Source of the DNA: Azolla caroliniana
Taxonomy: Eukaryota; Plantae; Polypodiophyta
DNA: 64,000 nucleotides
Direction of reading: 5' to 3'
NCBI GenBank assembly: GCA_043228905.1
Contig: JBHGNT010000009.1
Coordinates: 12,338,001 to 12,402,000, forward strand
In this document: positions 61,774-64,000 of the stretch, in pieces
Layout of the letters: every line of letters begins with the position of its first letter
Numbering within the stretch: position 1 is the stretch's first letter
Notes under the pieces: model-generated
Seen by the model: the letters and a program-made list of their open reading frames with translations, nothing else
Databases searched by the model: none
What the model was told of the DNA's origin: nothing
Program-made: the position numbers and the translations under genes

Positions 61774-64000
61774 GAAGAGGTCGTTGCCTCTGTGTACTGC
61801 CGCCGCCTGTGGCGAAGACAGTGAGCTCAAGGTTGTTGCCTTGTAGCTTCACCATTGTACATCTCTGTCTATAGTGATAGTTGGAGTTTGAGGACTCCCG
61901 TGGTTTTTCCCCAGTTAGGGTTTTCCACGTAAAACATCCCGTGTACTCTTCTCTCTATTGTACTTCGTGCATTTTGTATTTCCTGTTTTCTGTGAATTTA
62001 TCCTATTCCTCGGTGGTGGCTGAGCACTGTTTTACAACAAAGTGGTATCAGAGCACGGTTAACACAGAAAATGGAAGGCGGCGGTAGTGGGCCTCCGGGC
62101 ATGATGGTGCTGAACTCACAGAACTACGCCGACTGGAAGATAAAGATGGAAGACCTTCTCATCGTCCGAGACCTGTATGAACCGATCGACAATGCCGAGA
62201 TACCCAAGGGGGTAATAGAGTCGGAGTGGAAGCTCCTGAACCGGAAAGCCGTAGCGACGATCCGGCAATATGTCGATGTAAGCGTTCTACAACATGTGGC
62301 GAATGACACCAACGCATATGAGATGTGGAAGAAGCTGTCGGGCCTCTACGAGAGGAAGAATGCGTTGAACCGGACCTCCCTGATGAGGAAGATAGTGAAC
62401 CTCAAGTACCGGGACGGCGAGAATATGGTTGAACACGTGAGCACGTTCATGGGACTCGTGAACCAGCTTGCGGCGATCAAGTTCCCGTTGGAGGATGCAA
62501 TGCAAGCCATCATTCTGATGTGTACATTACCGGAAAGCTGGGAGAACTTGGTGGTGACTCTCAGCACCTCCTGCACCGAAGATAACTTGTCTCTACAAAC
62601 GGTAAAGACAAGCATTTTGAACGAAGAAGCGCGTCGGAGAGATAAAGAACCGGTTTCCGATCCGAAGATGCTGCTTACCGAATCGGATCGGGGAAGACAA
62701 TGGAACCGGAGTCCGCAAAGACGGGAGAAGTCGGGGACCCGGTCGCAGTCAAGAGGAAGGCCCACATGCTTCCACTGTGGGAAGCCGGGGCACTTCCGGA
62801 AGAATTGTCGGCATTACCGAAAAGAAAACGGAGCCGACGACACCGATACGAAGAAGTCACCGGAGCGAAACGGTGCATACCGGGGAGCCACGGACCGGAG
62901 ATGTCCGGATCGGCGAGGGCAGGACCGGAAAGGAACGACGGCACTCGCGGCAAGTGAAGAAGAGATAATGCTCATTACCGAAGAGAGGGAGCTGAACCTT
63001 GCCGGTGAAGAGATGACCTGGGTGGTCGATTCCGGAGCGTCGTTCCACCTGACCCCGGAGAAGAAATACTTCTCATCCTACACAGCCGGTGAGCACGGCT
63101 GTGTCCGGATGGGAAATGAAGGCACATGCCGGATTGCCGGCATAGGAGACGTGTGGCTGATGACATCAACCGGATGCAAGATGCTGCTGAAGGATGTTCG
63201 ACACGTTCCGGAGGTCCGATTGAACCTGATCTCGGCCGGGAGGCTAGATGATGAAGGCTACACGGGTAGCATCCGGAACGGTGTCATGAAGTTCAGCAAA
63301 GGGAGCCTGATAGTGGCTCGGGCCCGGAAGGTCAATACACTGTACCTGATGAATTCCCGGCTATGTCCGGAAGAGCTGAACGTGGCAGCCGACACTGCCG
63401 GTGAGCTGTGGCACAAGAGACTGTGCCACATGAGTGAGAAGGGGATGAAGAGGCTTGCCGATGACAACCTGATACCGGTAAAGCACGTACACCTGGGGAA
63501 GTGTACCGACTGTCTGGCCGGTAAGCAAAACCGGACCTCCTTCCACTCAAGGCCACCAACGAGACGTAGCGCACCATTGGAGCTGGTGCACACTGACGTG
63601 TGTCAAGTAGAGACGAAGTCACATGGCGGAGCCCAGTACTTCGTGACATTCATTGATGACCACAGCCAGAAGCTGTGGACGGCACCGTTGAAGACAAAGG
63701 ACCAAGTGTTGTGCGTCTTCAAAGAACTTCACGCGAGAGTGGAAAGGGAATCCGGCAAGAAGCTGAAAGCGATACGAGCGGATAACGGAGGGGAATACCG
63801 GGGGCAGTTCCAGGAGTACTGTCGCTCGAAGGGAATCCGGCTCGAGTTTACTGTGCCGAAGACGCCGGAACTGAACGGGCTGGCCGAGAGGATGAACCGG
63901 ACCATAATGGAGAGGGTCCGGAGTATGCTGGCGCATGCGAAATTACCCAAGGGATTTTGGGCTGAGGCAATGTCGACGGCGACGTATGTGATAAATAGAT
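61325..64000 (+). mobile_element. Tork-like Copia element D, 5' part, runs off the window
   Basis: 5' LTR 61325-62039 (TGTTGG…TACAACA) related to the Tork-B LTR. PBS TGGTATCAGAGC 62043-62054. Confidence 0.93.
62071..64000 (+). CDS. Tork-D gag-pol, open to the window end (absent from the ORF track, probably because it has no stop)
   Basis: My translation: MEGGGSGPPGMMVLNSQNYADWKIKMEDLL…CFHCGKPGHFRKNC…WVVDSGASFHL…VHTDVCQV…RADNGGEY…AERMNRTIMERVRSML, with no stop seen. Confidence 0.9.
   Translation, partial: MEGGGSGPPGMMVLNSQNYADWKIKMEDLLIVRDLYEPIDNAEIPKGVIESEWKLLNRKAVATIRQYVDVSVLQHVANDTNAYEMWKKLSGLYERKNALNRTSLMRKIVNLKYRDGENMVEHVSTFMGLVNQLAAIKFPLEDAMQAIILMCTLPESWENLVVTLSTSCTEDNLSLQTVKTSILNEEARRRDKEPVSDPKMLLTESDRGRQWNRSPQRREKSGTRSQSRGRPTCFHCGKPGHFRKNCRHYRKENGADDTDTKKSPERNGAYRGATDRRCPDRRGQDRKGTTALAASEEEIMLITEERELNLAGEEMTWVVDSGASFHLTPEKKYFSSYTAGEHGCVRMGNEGTCRIAGIGDVWLMTSTGCKMLLKDVRHVPEVRLNLISAGRLDDEGYTGSIRNGVMKFSKGSLIVARARKVNTLYLMNSRLCPEELNVAADTAGELWHKRLCHMSEKGMKRLADDNLIPVKHVHLGKCTDCLAGKQNRTSFHSRPPTRRSAPLELVHTDVCQVETKSHGGAQYFVTFIDDHSQKLWTAPLKTKDQVLCVFKELHARVERESGKKLKAIRADNGGEYRGQFQEYCRSKGIRLEFTVPKTPELNGLAERMNRTIMERVRSMLAHAKLPKGFWAEAMSTATYVINR

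Overview
Eukaryotic, almost certainly land-plant, heterochromatin-like DNA. The element types and TA/TG-rich spacers suggest a fern or other non-seed plant (inference). Most of the window is nested LTR retrotransposons: (i) a non-chromovirus (Athila/Tat-like) Ty3/Gypsy element at 1-9644 with an extra ~920-codon ORF, plus a 3' fragment of a distant relative at ~32345-34104; (ii) four copies of an Ale-like Ty1/Copia family; (iii) a Tnt1/Tork-like Copia family comprising one young near-intact copy (12969-18253), one copy with an open ORF running off the window end (61325-64000), a solo LTR and several decayed copies; (iv) a chromodomain Gypsy (37362-44384); (v) smaller gag remnants. The only host-gene-like sequence is an intronless glycine-rich RNA-binding protein pseudogene. 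Lead finding: both Athila/Tat-like elements lack a polypurine tract. Exactly 2 nt before the 3' LTR they instead carry a conserved hairpin followed by a tRNA-Arg-like 3' end (…GTCCCAC(G/A)GGCGTGCCA), which is an inverted second primer-binding site and suggests tRNA-primed plus-strand synthesis. Other leads are a capsid-domain swap between Tork subfamilies, strong CCGG enrichment in some families, and a double PPT with a PPT-presenting hairpin in the Ale-like family. All counts and identities are by eye, and tRNA assignments come from recalled plant tRNA sequences, so they need checking.
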